Shown here piece after piece: positions 17,941 to 27,482 of a DNA stretch of 64,000 nt (positions are counted from its first letter, which is position 1; every line of letters starts with the position of its first letter). The position numbers were made by a program, and so were the translations under genes. The notes below the pieces were generated by a model. That model saw nothing but the letters and a program-made list of their open reading frames with translations. It did not search any database and was not told the DNA's origin. The DNA is from a virus (lineage: Duplodnaviria; Caudoviricetes). The stretch covers positions 128,001 through 192,000 of the IMG/VR virus record IMGVR_UViG_3300050142_000050. One strand, 5' to 3'.

Positions 17941-18915
17941 ATGGATAGCTTAGAAGCGGCATCTATCGATGCTATTATCACTCTCATGGCTACACTCTCC
18001 CCCAAAGCGAGAGACAATGTGGAAGGTGAGCTCTATCGAGCTACTGCTTCCTCTGATGAAGCCACACCTGCTCATATCCTCGAGACGGTCTTCTCCGATT
18101 TTGTAGATGACCTCAAGGAAGTGGGTATCACTCTCTCCTTGGATCTCAATGAGATTCTCAACACACCCTCTCTCTTGGGTGAGTTTGTAGAGCTCAGCAG
18201 CTACATCTTACCCAACAACCTTTATGCCCACGTGAAGGGTAACCCCAGGATCCGTAGTCTGATCAACTCCATCCTGGAGGGATCAGCGGCTGAGCATGAG
18301 ACCACCATCGAAGCCTACCTGACAGGACTGGCTGGTCTGGAGACAGACAATCCGATCCTACCTGACCTGGTGTATTTCATCGATGCCAATCATTCCAAGA
18401 TCGGTCAGACTGGTATTTTCACAGATTATCTCCACGAGATCAAATCTCTGGCTGATGATGAGCGACTCTCAGTCGACTCCGATGATGAAACCCATATGGC
18501 TTTCTCTCAGAGGATCAAGGATATCGCAGGTCGCTTCAAGAATGCATTGTTGGTCTATGAGGATGATTCCCTCTTCAGGATCTTCAACATCTTCTTGCGA
18601 GACCTCCTGTCTCCCATGAATTTCATTCACTATTCCTACCTCTTCTTGAACAAAGCAGAAGATCTCCCTGAGGAGATCGGTGAGTTGTTCAGACGCAGGT
18701 GGTATCAGTTCTATGTCACCCATCAGATCTTCCCTGAGTACTATACAGTGCGCCCAGGGATGTCTCCGAGTGAGAATATGGCCAAAGCCATGGTAGCTGC
18801 GGCCTACACCTTCTCTCCGGATGTGGAAGCCTTCGACCGACGGATGCGCGATATCAATGAACTCATTCCCGTCGAGGGTGGTCTGATCCGATCGCTTTAT
18901 GAGGAGATCAACTAA
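17941..18915 (+). CDS. Hypothetical protein (324 aa) coupled to the RNAP subunit gene
   Basis: Stop overlaps the next start (TAATG). Preceded by a TATG motif. Confidence 0.7.
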   Translation: MDSLEAASIDAIITLMATLSPKARDNVEGELYRATASSDEATPAHILETVFSDFVDDLKEVGITLSLDLNEILNTPSLLGEFVELSSYILPNNLYAHVKGNPRIRSLINSILEGSAAEHETTIEAYLTGLAGLETDNPILPDLVYFIDANHSKIGQTGIFTDYLHEIKSLADDERLSVDSDDETHMAFSQRIKDIAGRFKNALLVYEDDSLFRIFNIFLRDLLSPMNFIHYSYLFLNKAEDLPEEIGELFRRRWYQFYVTHQIFPEYYTVRPGMSPSENMAKAMVAAAYTFSPDVEAFDRRMRDINELIPVEGGLIRSLYEEIN

Positions 18916-20303
18916 TGCAACGTCCTCCTATCGTGGAGCACATCATCCGGCATCCTGAATCCTTGATCTATATCGGATTCAACAAGGAGATCTGGATGAT
19001 ACCAGATCGCCTCCTGGCCGATGTACGGACATCTCCCACCGAACTCAAGTTCGAACTCGCCATGCGAGTGGCTCCCTATCGAGGGAAGCTATTCGTCCAT
19101 GACGGTATGTTCTATGCCATTACATCTTGGGAGCGGACTGACGATAGGTCGACTGACAGTCGGACTTATACCGTCGAAGCGATCGAGACGGGAGTCCCTC
19201 ATGATTCCAGCGAAAAGTTCCCTCTCCTGCGTCCCTCCGATGTGATCGAGATCCGTCCTGGAGAAATCATGAATTACAAAGGTGGTGAAATCATCAAGAC
19301 GACCGTGGGTCGTTTTGTGGCTAACTACCTCCTCTTGTGTTATCCATTCGGCGAAACGGTGGATTACATCAATGAGGAATTCTCGGCAGGTAAGCTTGAA
19401 GGTCTCATCTCCAAGCTGATCCTCAGTAAGAAGATCTCGCCTCGAGTCTTCAAGGACAAATTCGTCAATACCCTGACACTCCATGGTCATACGACCGAGA
19501 TGTTCTGTCCGGGTATCTCGGCGAAGGTGATCACCGTCCCAGATCATGTCAAGAATCTCCTCATAAGGCTCGTAGAAGAGAATAAGGAAGCTTTGGAGGC
19601 AGGTGACTCATCTGTGATGAGTGACATCGAGAAGGCCGTTATTTCGGCTTACAAGGACTACCTCAAAGGAGACTCATCACTTCACTTCCTCCTCAAGAGC
19701 AAGTACTTTGCAGTGACCCTCAAGAAGCTGTTCCTGACACATGGGATGGTAGAAGTGTTCGGTCAACCTGGGAAGTTCGTCTGGGTCACACAGGCCATGG
19801 GTTCTGGGTGGAAGAAGAAGGACTTTTCTGTCATCTGTAATGAGACCAGACAGGGCTCATTCTCACGAGCTGTGGAAACTCAGTTCGGTGGTGTTATTGC
19901 GAAGATGATTCTGCGTGTGTTCCAGGATGTCATCATCGGCCTTGCTGATTGTGGTACATCTCATGGTGAACCTATGCTCGGTACACCTGCCCTGGCCAAA
20001 GAGATCGAGAACTCTTATCAGATCCTACCGAGTGGCGAAAGCTCTCTCATCGATGCGTCTACCGCAAAGAGTCTGGTAGGTAAGAAGTTCTATCTCCGCA
20101 CACCTGGGTATTGTGAAGCAGAAGGTGGATATTGCTCCAGATGCTTCGGTTATATCTACGAAGAACACGGCCAGAGATCCTTCGCTACCCTAGCGAATGA
20201 CTTTGCTCGAAATCAAACGACTGCATCACTCAAAAAGATGCATGGTGTCAGCCACAGTACGGTGGATGTGTCCGACTTGAATAAATTCCTAGTCGCGACG
20301 TAA
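18915..20303 (+). CDS. RNA polymerase beta' C-terminal subunit, virion RNAP (phiKZ gp80-like)
   Basis: DCGT...LRTPGYC...YCSRCFG zinc site and trigger-loop-like QTTASLKKMHG. Size and closeness to the gp82-like polymerase favour gp80 over gp74. Confidence 0.8.
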   Translation: MQRPPIVEHIIRHPESLIYIGFNKEIWMIPDRLLADVRTSPTELKFELAMRVAPYRGKLFVHDGMFYAITSWERTDDRSTDSRTYTVEAIETGVPHDSSEKFPLLRPSDVIEIRPGEIMNYKGGEIIKTTVGRFVANYLLLCYPFGETVDYINEEFSAGKLEGLISKLILSKKISPRVFKDKFVNTLTLHGHTTEMFCPGISAKVITVPDHVKNLLIRLVEENKEALEAGDSSVMSDIEKAVISAYKDYLKGDSSLHFLLKSKYFAVTLKKLFLTHGMVEVFGQPGKFVWVTQAMGSGWKKKDFSVICNETRQGSFSRAVETQFGGVIAKMILRVFQDVIIGLADCGTSHGEPMLGTPALAKEIENSYQILPSGESSLIDASTAKSLVGKKFYLRTPGYCEAEGGYCSRCFGYIYEEHGQRSFATLANDFARNQTTASLKKMHGVSHSTVDVSDLNKFLVAT

Positions 20304-20330
20304 ATCGTATAGACAGCACAGGGAAGAATT

Positions 20331-21137
20331 ATGTCACGTCGTAAATCTCGTTATCGTGGGGTCCAGTCGGATTCCTCTGTCCCTCCGGTAACCGGTGCGG
20401 AGCAGGAAGACGTCACCAATACTGGTGATGAAGAAACCCAGGAAGATGAATCCCAGGAGGAAGAAATGACCGAAGAAGAACAGCAGCAAGAGTCGACCTC
20501 TCAGACTCCTGTCGAAGAAGTCACCGAATCGACCACTCCGGCTGAAGAGATCGCTCTGGAAGAGTCGCAGCAGGAGCCCACTCCTACGGTCGAGCAGTCG
20601 GAGGAAGCTCCTCAGGAGGATACTCCTTCTGAACCCGAGCAGACGTCTGAGGAACCGGCTTCTACCGAGGTCGTCGAATCGGACGATGATGTCGAGGTTC
20701 CCACCGATGACGAACAACCGACTGTCGTCGTCGTCGAAGATTCCAAGCAGCTCGCCAAGGTCAAGGAGATCCTCGGTAAGATCAAGGACGCCATCGCTAC
20801 CGATACTGGTGGTGAGATCTCGTACATGCAAGATCTTGCAGACCTGCTGGCCGGCTTCTTGTTCGTCTTCCGCAACAATGCCACACCTCAGATCCTGGAC
20901 TATGTGGTGGACTTCTTCAAGGAGAACCTCGAGGGCGTGTGTGCACCTGAGAAGTTCCTCCAACCGATTTCGCTCCTCGATCGCCAGTCGCAGCGTCGTC
21001 TGTCGCACATCTATACTCTGTGGTATTCGATGGCCAGCGGCCAGAAGACCCGCGTCGACAATGGTGCCTCGACTACCATCATGGGTAAGAGCACGTTCTA
21101 CCTCTATTACCGTCGATTCTTCCGCGAGATCGATTAA
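20331..21137 (+). CDS. Protein with a long acidic disordered N-terminus and a helical C-terminal domain
   Basis: About 130 residues rich in E/Q/T/P/S, then a folded-looking region. Confidence 0.7.
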   Translation: MSRRKSRYRGVQSDSSVPPVTGAEQEDVTNTGDEETQEDESQEEEMTEEEQQQESTSQTPVEEVTESTTPAEEIALEESQQEPTPTVEQSEEAPQEDTPSEPEQTSEEPASTEVVESDDDVEVPTDDEQPTVVVVEDSKQLAKVKEILGKIKDAIATDTGGEISYMQDLADLLAGFLFVFRNNATPQILDYVVDFFKENLEGVCAPEKFLQPISLLDRQSQRRLSHIYTLWYSMASGQKTRVDNGASTTIMGKSTFYLYYRRFFREID

Positions 21138-21188
21138 AAAATAAGGATAGTAGGTAGTGTCCCGCGAGGGACACTACCTATATCTCTA

Positions 21189-21653
21189 TCAGTCCGAAAG
21201 GTCGTTGTTGTTGGCGCGCAGTTCGCCTTCCTTGATGGTATCACCGATCTGGTCCCGCAGGATATCTTCCAGATTGTAACCATCCAAGGAAGTGTCTTCG
21301 ATACGAGCAGTACGGGCTGCCAGGACCATAGCTGCGATGCGGTCTTTGGAGGCACTCGCATTCTGCGTAGCGATCTCGTGATTACGCAGCTTGAGGTTGG
21401 CCGATGCCACAGTGGACTTATCGACTTCACCCAGAGCCTTGAGTGTGGTGGTGATCAGATTGAGATCATCCTCTTTGACATTGGGTCTACCCTCATCATC
21501 GACCAAGGATATACCTTTGACAGCCTCCATGAGCTTAGTGGTAATAATACCACGTGCACTCGAAGTTGTCTCAAAGGACTCCTCGGACATGACCAATTCG
21601 TCTTGAAGCGACCGGAGTACTCTCCCTCGCTTATCACCTTCGATATTCGACAT
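21189..21653 (-). CDS. Conserved phiKZ-like hypothetical protein (154 aa)
   Basis: SD GAGGA. Helical. Ends at a hairpin between convergent genes (21151-21180). Confidence 0.7.
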   Translation of the reverse strand: MSNIEGDKRGRVLRSLQDELVMSEESFETTSSARGIITTKLMEAVKGISLVDDEGRPNVKEDDLNLITTTLKALGEVDKSTVASANLKLRNHEIATQNASASKDRIAAMVLAARTARIEDTSLDGYNLEDILRDQIGDTIKEGELRANNNDLSD

Positions 21654-21766
21654 AGAGCAATCCTCATATTACCTACAAGATAGACGAAATAGGGTGTACC
21701 GCCTTACAAAATAAAATATTTTAGATCGTCCATCAAATGGATCTCTGTCAATTATGGGGTTTATAA

Positions 21767-22660
21767 ATGAAAAAGAAATCGACCAGCATCTGCTTTAACG
21801 AAGACGGACCCATCAATAGCCGATGGGCCAGTTTCCTTGCAGAAAATCAATCGGAGGAGATCTTCCTTATTCCCAATGGGACTAAGGCGGCTTCTGATCT
21901 GGCTGAACAAATGACACAAGCAGACTTCCAGTCTTCTGTGAAGAAGATCGTCTGCATGAAAGCACCCGAATTCGAAGTCAGGGTACTACCCATCGTTTCG
22001 GGACAATCCATCTCGAGTCCCTATTACGCGTGGGACATGGATACCATCCACAGATGGGCATGCACCAAACTAGCAGCACCCCTGCTGGATATGGCATCAC
22101 GCGAGATCGGTAAGCGAACGCTTCCTATCAAGATGGACGAAGAGCAGACTTCGGCTGCATGTTACATGGCTCTGCGTATGTGGAACATACTCATATTGGT
22201 CGAAGAAACCAATGCGATACCTGCATCCATCATGGCTCTCATTATCCCCCACACTGTATACATCACCGAAGAAGGTGTGAACACAGTGGCCCTCAACCAT
22301 GCTATCGGGGGTGATTATTTCTCGTTCCATCGCCTGACACGGCAGCTCATGATCGATGTCGGCTCTGAAACATTCACAATCGGACTACCGCGCCTCCTGC
22401 GAATCCTGACAGAAGCCGTCCTTCCCTTCTACCGGACCATCAAGACACGTAAACTTGAATGGTTCATCAAGGATAATTCAGGAGACTATGCGCAACATTC
22501 ATTCTTCGAGTTCGGCATCATCGTCCACCAGATCATGAGCCGTCTCTCCATCCGCCATATCACTGAAGAGAACCCTGTCCCAGACAGTGACCTCATCATG
22601 CTCGGCAAGAAGGCAGAGTTCTTGGAGTCTCATGCCTCCATGATCAAGAAGATTGACTGA
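21767..22660 (+). CDS. Hypothetical protein (297 aa)
   Basis: Long ORF after an AT-rich divergent intergenic region. Confidence 0.7.
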   Translation: MKKKSTSICFNEDGPINSRWASFLAENQSEEIFLIPNGTKAASDLAEQMTQADFQSSVKKIVCMKAPEFEVRVLPIVSGQSISSPYYAWDMDTIHRWACTKLAAPLLDMASREIGKRTLPIKMDEEQTSAACYMALRMWNILILVEETNAIPASIMALIIPHTVYITEEGVNTVALNHAIGGDYFSFHRLTRQLMIDVGSETFTIGLPRLLRILTEAVLPFYRTIKTRKLEWFIKDNSGDYAQHSFFEFGIIVHQIMSRLSIRHITEENPVPDSDLIMLGKKAEFLESHASMIKKID

Positions 22661-22747
22661 TCACACGGTGAGTCGTCCTAATCCAGGGACAGTCCAAAAG
22701 GACAAGCTCATCTCCCATAACACCACGAATTACATAAGGGTGTCACC

Positions 22748-23173
22748 ATGGCTAAGCAAGATAGGTCCGCACGTTTCTTCACCGTAGAGAATATACGGCA
22801 AACCTCGGACCCGCTCCCCAGATTGATCCGTCTGATCTTCCATTACTTCCAGATCACGAATGATTCGTTCGCTGATCGCTATCATCGGTTCTATACCCAT
22901 ATCTACGGCACTGATCGTCAGGGTGTGTCGCAGATCAACATGAAGAAGAACATCGACAAGAATGCCCTCATCAATGGGCGTCGAAACCTGACCATCAAGT
23001 CCTTCATCAATGTCCTAAAGGTATTTGGGTTTGACATCGTCGAAATGACGGTTACCCTCAAAGATTCTACTTCAGGAGAACTGCACACATTTTCCACGAC
23101 GCAGTCTGCTGAGGAGATCGATGCCGTAATCCTCAAGAAACAAGAGGAAGAAGCATCGCAAGGCTTCCTTTAA
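22748..23173 (+). CDS. Conserved phiKZ-like protein, possible HTH-like DNA binder
   Basis: LPRLIRLIF...LTIKSFINVLKVFG pattern. Confidence 0.55.
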   Translation: MAKQDRSARFFTVENIRQTSDPLPRLIRLIFHYFQITNDSFADRYHRFYTHIYGTDRQGVSQINMKKNIDKNALINGRRNLTIKSFINVLKVFGFDIVEMTVTLKDSTSGELHTFSTTQSAEEIDAVILKKQEEEASQGFL

Positions 23174-23189
23174 CAAGAGGTGATTTCAC

Positions 23190-23486
23190 ATGGCTAAGAT
23201 CACTGATTTTGATGGCAACACCATCCTTACGACAACGGGTCTGGAAAGCTTCCTCTTTGTGGTCATCCACAATGGCGGTACTGTATCCATCTTCAAGGAT
23301 GAACGACCGATCGACCCCACAGTCGATCTGATCGGTGTCCATCAGCTCGATATCGAGAAGCTCCCTGATCCGATTACCACGGTGAAGCTGGATGAGGACC
23401 AGAAGGTCGCGATGGTCAAACTCGGCTTCCATGTCGATGAGATCGTCGTACCTGACGTACCACAGGAGGAAACCTCCGGTGAGTGA
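23190..23486 (+). CDS. Small hypothetical protein (98 aa)
   Basis: SD GAGGT. Confidence 0.65.
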   Translation: MAKITDFDGNTILTTTGLESFLFVVIHNGGTVSIFKDERPIDPTVDLIGVHQLDIEKLPDPITTVKLDEDQKVAMVKLGFHVDEIVVPDVPQEETSGE

Positions 23487-23724
23487 GGACTTAGGCCTCC
23501 GACTCGATGTGGTGGATGAGAAGGGTCAAACCCGGACTTACACTCGGGAATGGAACATCGATCCTCGTGTCGATCTGATCGGAATGAACATCAGTCAGAT
23601 CTTCGGTATCGCTACTCTACCCTATCCACATACGGCGGTCCATTTGAAAGGACCAGAGTATCGGGTGGTTAAGGTAACCGATGCCGTCAATGCGTCATCT
23701 AGTTTCTATATCGGACTAGGTTGA
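23479..23724 (+). CDS. Small hypothetical protein (81 aa, GTG start)
   Basis: SD AGGAGG before GTG 23479, overlapping the upstream stop. Confidence 0.6.
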   Translation: MSEDLGLRLDVVDEKGQTRTYTREWNIDPRVDLIGMNISQIFGIATLPYPHTAVHLKGPEYRVVKVTDAVNASSSFYIGLG

Positions 23725-23822
23725 TCTTAAATCTGAGTATGAGTGGAGGGCTAACGCCCTCCACTCATGTCTCTTTATTTTTTCTGATTTTATGATCTGA
23801 ACTCCTAGAAAGAGAAGTCACC

Positions 23823-24488
23823 ATGAACCCTCGTCGTAAAGCAGCGGAGGACTTCGTCTTCGATTTGATGAATCGACAAGATCCATCCGGCTATAACACC
23901 AACTACTACCGCAAGATGTTTGAAGGTATGGATGACGAGACCTTCACTAAGTGGATGACCCAGATGCGTGACAATCCTCACGCCAAACTCATCCTCTACA
24001 CGATCCCCCTCAAGGTAGAGATCGATGTGCAAGCATCTCTCGACACAGCTAAGTTCTTGGGGATCGAAGTGTTCGAGCGACTGCGTATCTGGGACCCTAT
24101 AGAACAGCGTCACGTGTTGACTCCTGAACGATATATGATCCTACGTATGTATGTACGTCGCCTTAAGCAGTATCTGATGGACGGTCTGTCCGTACCTGAT
24201 TCAGATCGTCGTCTGAACCCTCTCACCAATCAGGTTGTAGGTGTCGACAAGGCCTCAGCATTCTCCTATCCACAGGCCCAGATGATCGCAGAGAAGGGTC
24301 TTAATAAAACCCTTCATGAGATCATGACCATCCGTGGGGGTAACATCGAAGCTTATGCTAAGATGAAAGGTCAGATCGAAGAGAATGGTGAAGCATCGAC
24401 TGATGTGATCGATGACACTTCTGGTGTTCAATCTGCCCAGACCCTGAGGACATTCCTCGAAGGTATGCATCTGGTAACTAACCTCTAA
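23823..24488 (+). CDS. RNA polymerase beta C-terminal fragment, virion RNAP (phiKZ gp149-like)
   Basis: LTNQVVG..KASAFSYPQAQMI...TLHEIMTIRGGNIEA resembles the beta C-terminal GGQRFGEME...LQELLTIKSD region. Confidence 0.7.
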   Translation: MNPRRKAAEDFVFDLMNRQDPSGYNTNYYRKMFEGMDDETFTKWMTQMRDNPHAKLILYTIPLKVEIDVQASLDTAKFLGIEVFERLRIWDPIEQRHVLTPERYMILRMYVRRLKQYLMDGLSVPDSDRRLNPLTNQVVGVDKASAFSYPQAQMIAEKGLNKTLHEIMTIRGGNIEAYAKMKGQIEENGEASTDVIDDTSGVQSAQTLRTFLEGMHLVTNL

Positions 24489-24499
24489 GGAGACAGTAG

Positions 24500-25933
24500 A
24501 TGCCTTTTGTAGACACTTCTTCACTGACATCCGGTCTCGCATCCTCCAAAGCATCGGTAGTGGCCGATGTACAGAACTATGCAGCAAAGACAGTCCCATC
24601 CATCCCCACGAATGCGGCATCGGCCGTATCTGGTGCTGTGTCGGGAGCTGCCGGTAAACTCTCCAGCACCGCAGGATCTATTACATCCTCGATCGGGGGT
24701 GTGACATCGGGCCTCACTTCTGCGGTGGGTTCTATCAACTCCAAACTTACCGGCGTGGTGGGTAAACTCACGAGTTCTGTATCGGGTACTCTCAATAAGG
24801 CATTTGCGAGTATCACCTCCAAGGGAGGTAGTACGAATACCACAGGTGTCTCTGACCCCACGGCTTCCACTATACCCACAGCCAATCCTACCACGACCGG
24901 CTTCACCATCTCAACTGATGCAGTGACACCAAAGGCTGCCGGTACGGGATCTGATTCTAGTTGGATCGGTACGTTGTCGACCAATATGTCGTCGACGGCG
25001 CTGACCACAGTGGTGGACCGTTATAAACTACCTGACTTCAATAAGCTGGGTAAGACACTGACATCCAGCAGTGGACTCTCTTCAGCAAAAGGTCTACTGT
25101 CCTCTGTGAAGAGCATCACCAACACGGTGACCTCTCCTATCAAGACAATCCGCTCGACGATCTCGACAGCGGTAGGTACCATCAATCAAGTCAAGAGCGG
25201 TGTTAGCTCTGTCGTATCTCTGGCTAAGAACACCACCGCTTCGATCAGTCGCGATGTGGCTTTGTTCAAGTCAGCCACATCCAGTGTCCAGAACGTACTG
25301 GGGACTAACTCCCTGAATGGGCTGTTCAGCGGAAAGACTCCCACTCTTACCGGGAGCACTGCGACAGTCGATGCCACGATGGCCAACTCCATCAGGACTC
25401 TGGCCAAAGCCGCTGGTTGTACGATACCTAACGATGAGTATACCTCCTCCAACGTACAATCGGCACTATTCGGATCAGCTCTGTCACTAGCTATCGCTCA
25501 CGGTATGACTGACATGGTAGCATCTCTTCTGAACTGTGAAACTGCATCGTCCGATAAGACTGCGGTCAGTACCGCTTTCGAAACTGCTGCCAACACCAAC
25601 ATCTCTCTGGCTGGTGATGTATTGGACAAGCTCGATGGGAGCTATGATGGACTGAGTGCCGATATCGACAAACAGCTCGTCACCAACAGTAGCCTCAAAT
25701 CCAGTGACGCTACTACCGCCAGTAGCATCCTATCCCGTCTGGGTACGACACCACTCACCACTCTATCGGTGGCAAAGATCGACACGGATTCATTACCGAT
25801 CATCGATCTGGGTACTGTGTGTAACTGTAACCCATCTTTCCTCGATAGTCTGACTGGAAGTAGCACTCTGAGTAAGTTCTCGAATGCTTCGACCATGACG
25901 ATGAACAGCACTGGAGCCCTCGCTTGGGCTTAG
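24500..25933 (+). CDS. Ser/Thr/Gly-rich low-complexity protein, probably virion-associated
   Basis: 11-residue amphipathic periodicity. SD AAGGAG. Confidence 0.65.
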   Translation: MPFVDTSSLTSGLASSKASVVADVQNYAAKTVPSIPTNAASAVSGAVSGAAGKLSSTAGSITSSIGGVTSGLTSAVGSINSKLTGVVGKLTSSVSGTLNKAFASITSKGGSTNTTGVSDPTASTIPTANPTTTGFTISTDAVTPKAAGTGSDSSWIGTLSTNMSSTALTTVVDRYKLPDFNKLGKTLTSSSGLSSAKGLLSSVKSITNTVTSPIKTIRSTISTAVGTINQVKSGVSSVVSLAKNTTASISRDVALFKSATSSVQNVLGTNSLNGLFSGKTPTLTGSTATVDATMANSIRTLAKAAGCTIPNDEYTSSNVQSALFGSALSLAIAHGMTDMVASLLNCETASSDKTAVSTAFETAANTNISLAGDVLDKLDGSYDGLSADIDKQLVTNSSLKSSDATTASSILSRLGTTPLTTLSVAKIDTDSLPIIDLGTVCNCNPSFLDSLTGSSTLSKFSNASTMTMNSTGALAWA

Positions 25934-26020
25934 ATGATTTATAAAAAGAACGAGATATATTATCCTAGGGTCCCCATAAGGGGCCCTAGGGTCCTCGATA
26001 TATCGAAAGAGTTGTGTCCT

Positions 26021-26036
26021 CATATTACCAAAGTGA
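26021..26036 (+). promoter_or_regulatory. Putative early promoter upstream of the nvRNAP operon
   Basis: CATATTACCAAAGTGA matches the core of the other copies. Confidence 0.55.
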
Positions 26037-26103
26037 CTTAGGGTATCCAAATTGATCGTTTTGGCCAACGATCACCCTGTCGCTAACTATGAGGAACTAG
26101 AAC

Positions 26104-27441
26104 ATGGCTGATATTCCAGGACACTACGTATTCCATCGTATCGGTCCTGGCAATAGTCAGGACGTGCGCTACTCTTATTCGGATAGCGTCAGCTCTCCCT
26201 CTCACACGTTCATGACATCGGAGGGTGAACACATCTATGCAAACATCATGAACGGTAGTGGTGAGGATTTGATCTTCGGCAATAGCCTGAGAGCCAAACC
26301 CAAACTAGTACCACCATCCACAGCCTCTCGTTTCCTACACAGTCACGGCGAGATCGTCGTGACAGTATGGCGTCGTGCAGGTACAGTCGTCACCCCAAAC
26401 CCCAATGTGAAACCTATCGTAAAGCCCATCCAGCAGGAAACCGTCAACATCCCTTATCGTCGTCTCGTGGACGGCGTGGTGTGGATCGAAGGTTTGGGTG
26501 GCTATCTCACACTGGCTGCCAACATCAATGCGCTGATCTCAGCTATCCGTGAGGATACCATCGATCCGACATGGGGTCCCATGTCCGTGAGCATGTCCCA
26601 CTATCTTCGAGACCCAAGTGAAGTATATGCTGATGGTCGTATCAAAGTGGATAGAGCTGTAGTCAACTCGGATAGTTTCTGGATCACATCGAGTGAACCA
26701 GAGCGTCTCGGGACAGTCCGGTTGTGCATCATGGATGTCCCTATCAATCCGAGCCTGAGCAATCGGGTATATGGGTCACTCAGTGTACCGCCAGGTATGG
26801 TGGAGATCCACTATGGTTCTCGTGGGAGTGAAGAGACAGCTCTGGTGAGCATCGATGTACTCATGCGTGATCGTGTAGTGCACTTTGACACGAGGCTGTA
26901 TGATACGATGTCTGGTCCATTCTTCGGAGGTGTGATCACTTGGGATCGAGATGCGCTGGTGGATTACATCCACGATCGTAAAGCGCGGTTCAAGTTCACA
27001 CGCGAGAAGGCAGCCCTGGCAGAGATGACAGCTGACTTTGCAATGAGTGAGAAGATCAAGGAGACTAATCAGATCATCGCAGACCGCGATGTGACGATTG
27101 CAGATCTCACTGAGCAACTCGAAGAGATGCGCAGTATCAACTCCAAGCTTGAGAAGCGTCTCAAGTTACAGCGTGAACAGGTCAAAGCTATCACCGATGG
27201 TGACGCACTCGGTATCGTGGCAGAGACCATCACCACAAAACTGGAGACCGAACGTCTCCAGGCACTCAATGATCGTCAGGAACAGATCAATAAGGAGAGT
27301 AAGAGTAAGATCGAGAATAGTGCAGTCAAGGTAAAGTTCGGTTTCGAACTGATCAAGAGCTCCATCGGTTTGATCGTAGCAGCGATCGGACTGGCGACAG
27401 CTGTATTGGCCTTTACTGCAAAGAAGAAAGGAGGCAAGTGA
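26104..27441 (+). CDS. Coiled-coil protein with a C-terminal TM anchor (phiKZ gp122-like by position)
   Basis: Long heptad region followed by SIGLIVAAIGLATAVLAFTA-KKK. Confidence 0.65.
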   Translation: MADIPGHYVFHRIGPGNSQDVRYSYSDSVSSPSHTFMTSEGEHIYANIMNGSGEDLIFGNSLRAKPKLVPPSTASRFLHSHGEIVVTVWRRAGTVVTPNPNVKPIVKPIQQETVNIPYRRLVDGVVWIEGLGGYLTLAANINALISAIREDTIDPTWGPMSVSMSHYLRDPSEVYADGRIKVDRAVVNSDSFWITSSEPERLGTVRLCIMDVPINPSLSNRVYGSLSVPPGMVEIHYGSRGSEETALVSIDVLMRDRVVHFDTRLYDTMSGPFFGGVITWDRDALVDYIHDRKARFKFTREKAALAEMTADFAMSEKIKETNQIIADRDVTIADLTEQLEEMRSINSKLEKRLKLQREQVKAITDGDALGIVAETITTKLETERLQALNDRQEQINKESKSKIENSAVKVKFGFELIKSSIGLIVAAIGLATAVLAFTAKKKGGK

Positions 27442-27482
27442 GCCTATGTCCTACATCCATGAAACCAGGAGGACGAGTATCC

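Noticed and set aside
21665-21680. CATATTACC as a fifth early promoter
   Set aside because: Lacks the downstream GTGA and lies within the leader of the divergent gene at 21653.
22661-22747. tRNA or other structured ncRNA in this and other intergenic gaps
   Set aside because: No cloverleaf or TTC/CCA features found by eye. tRNAscan-SE or Infernal would be decisive.
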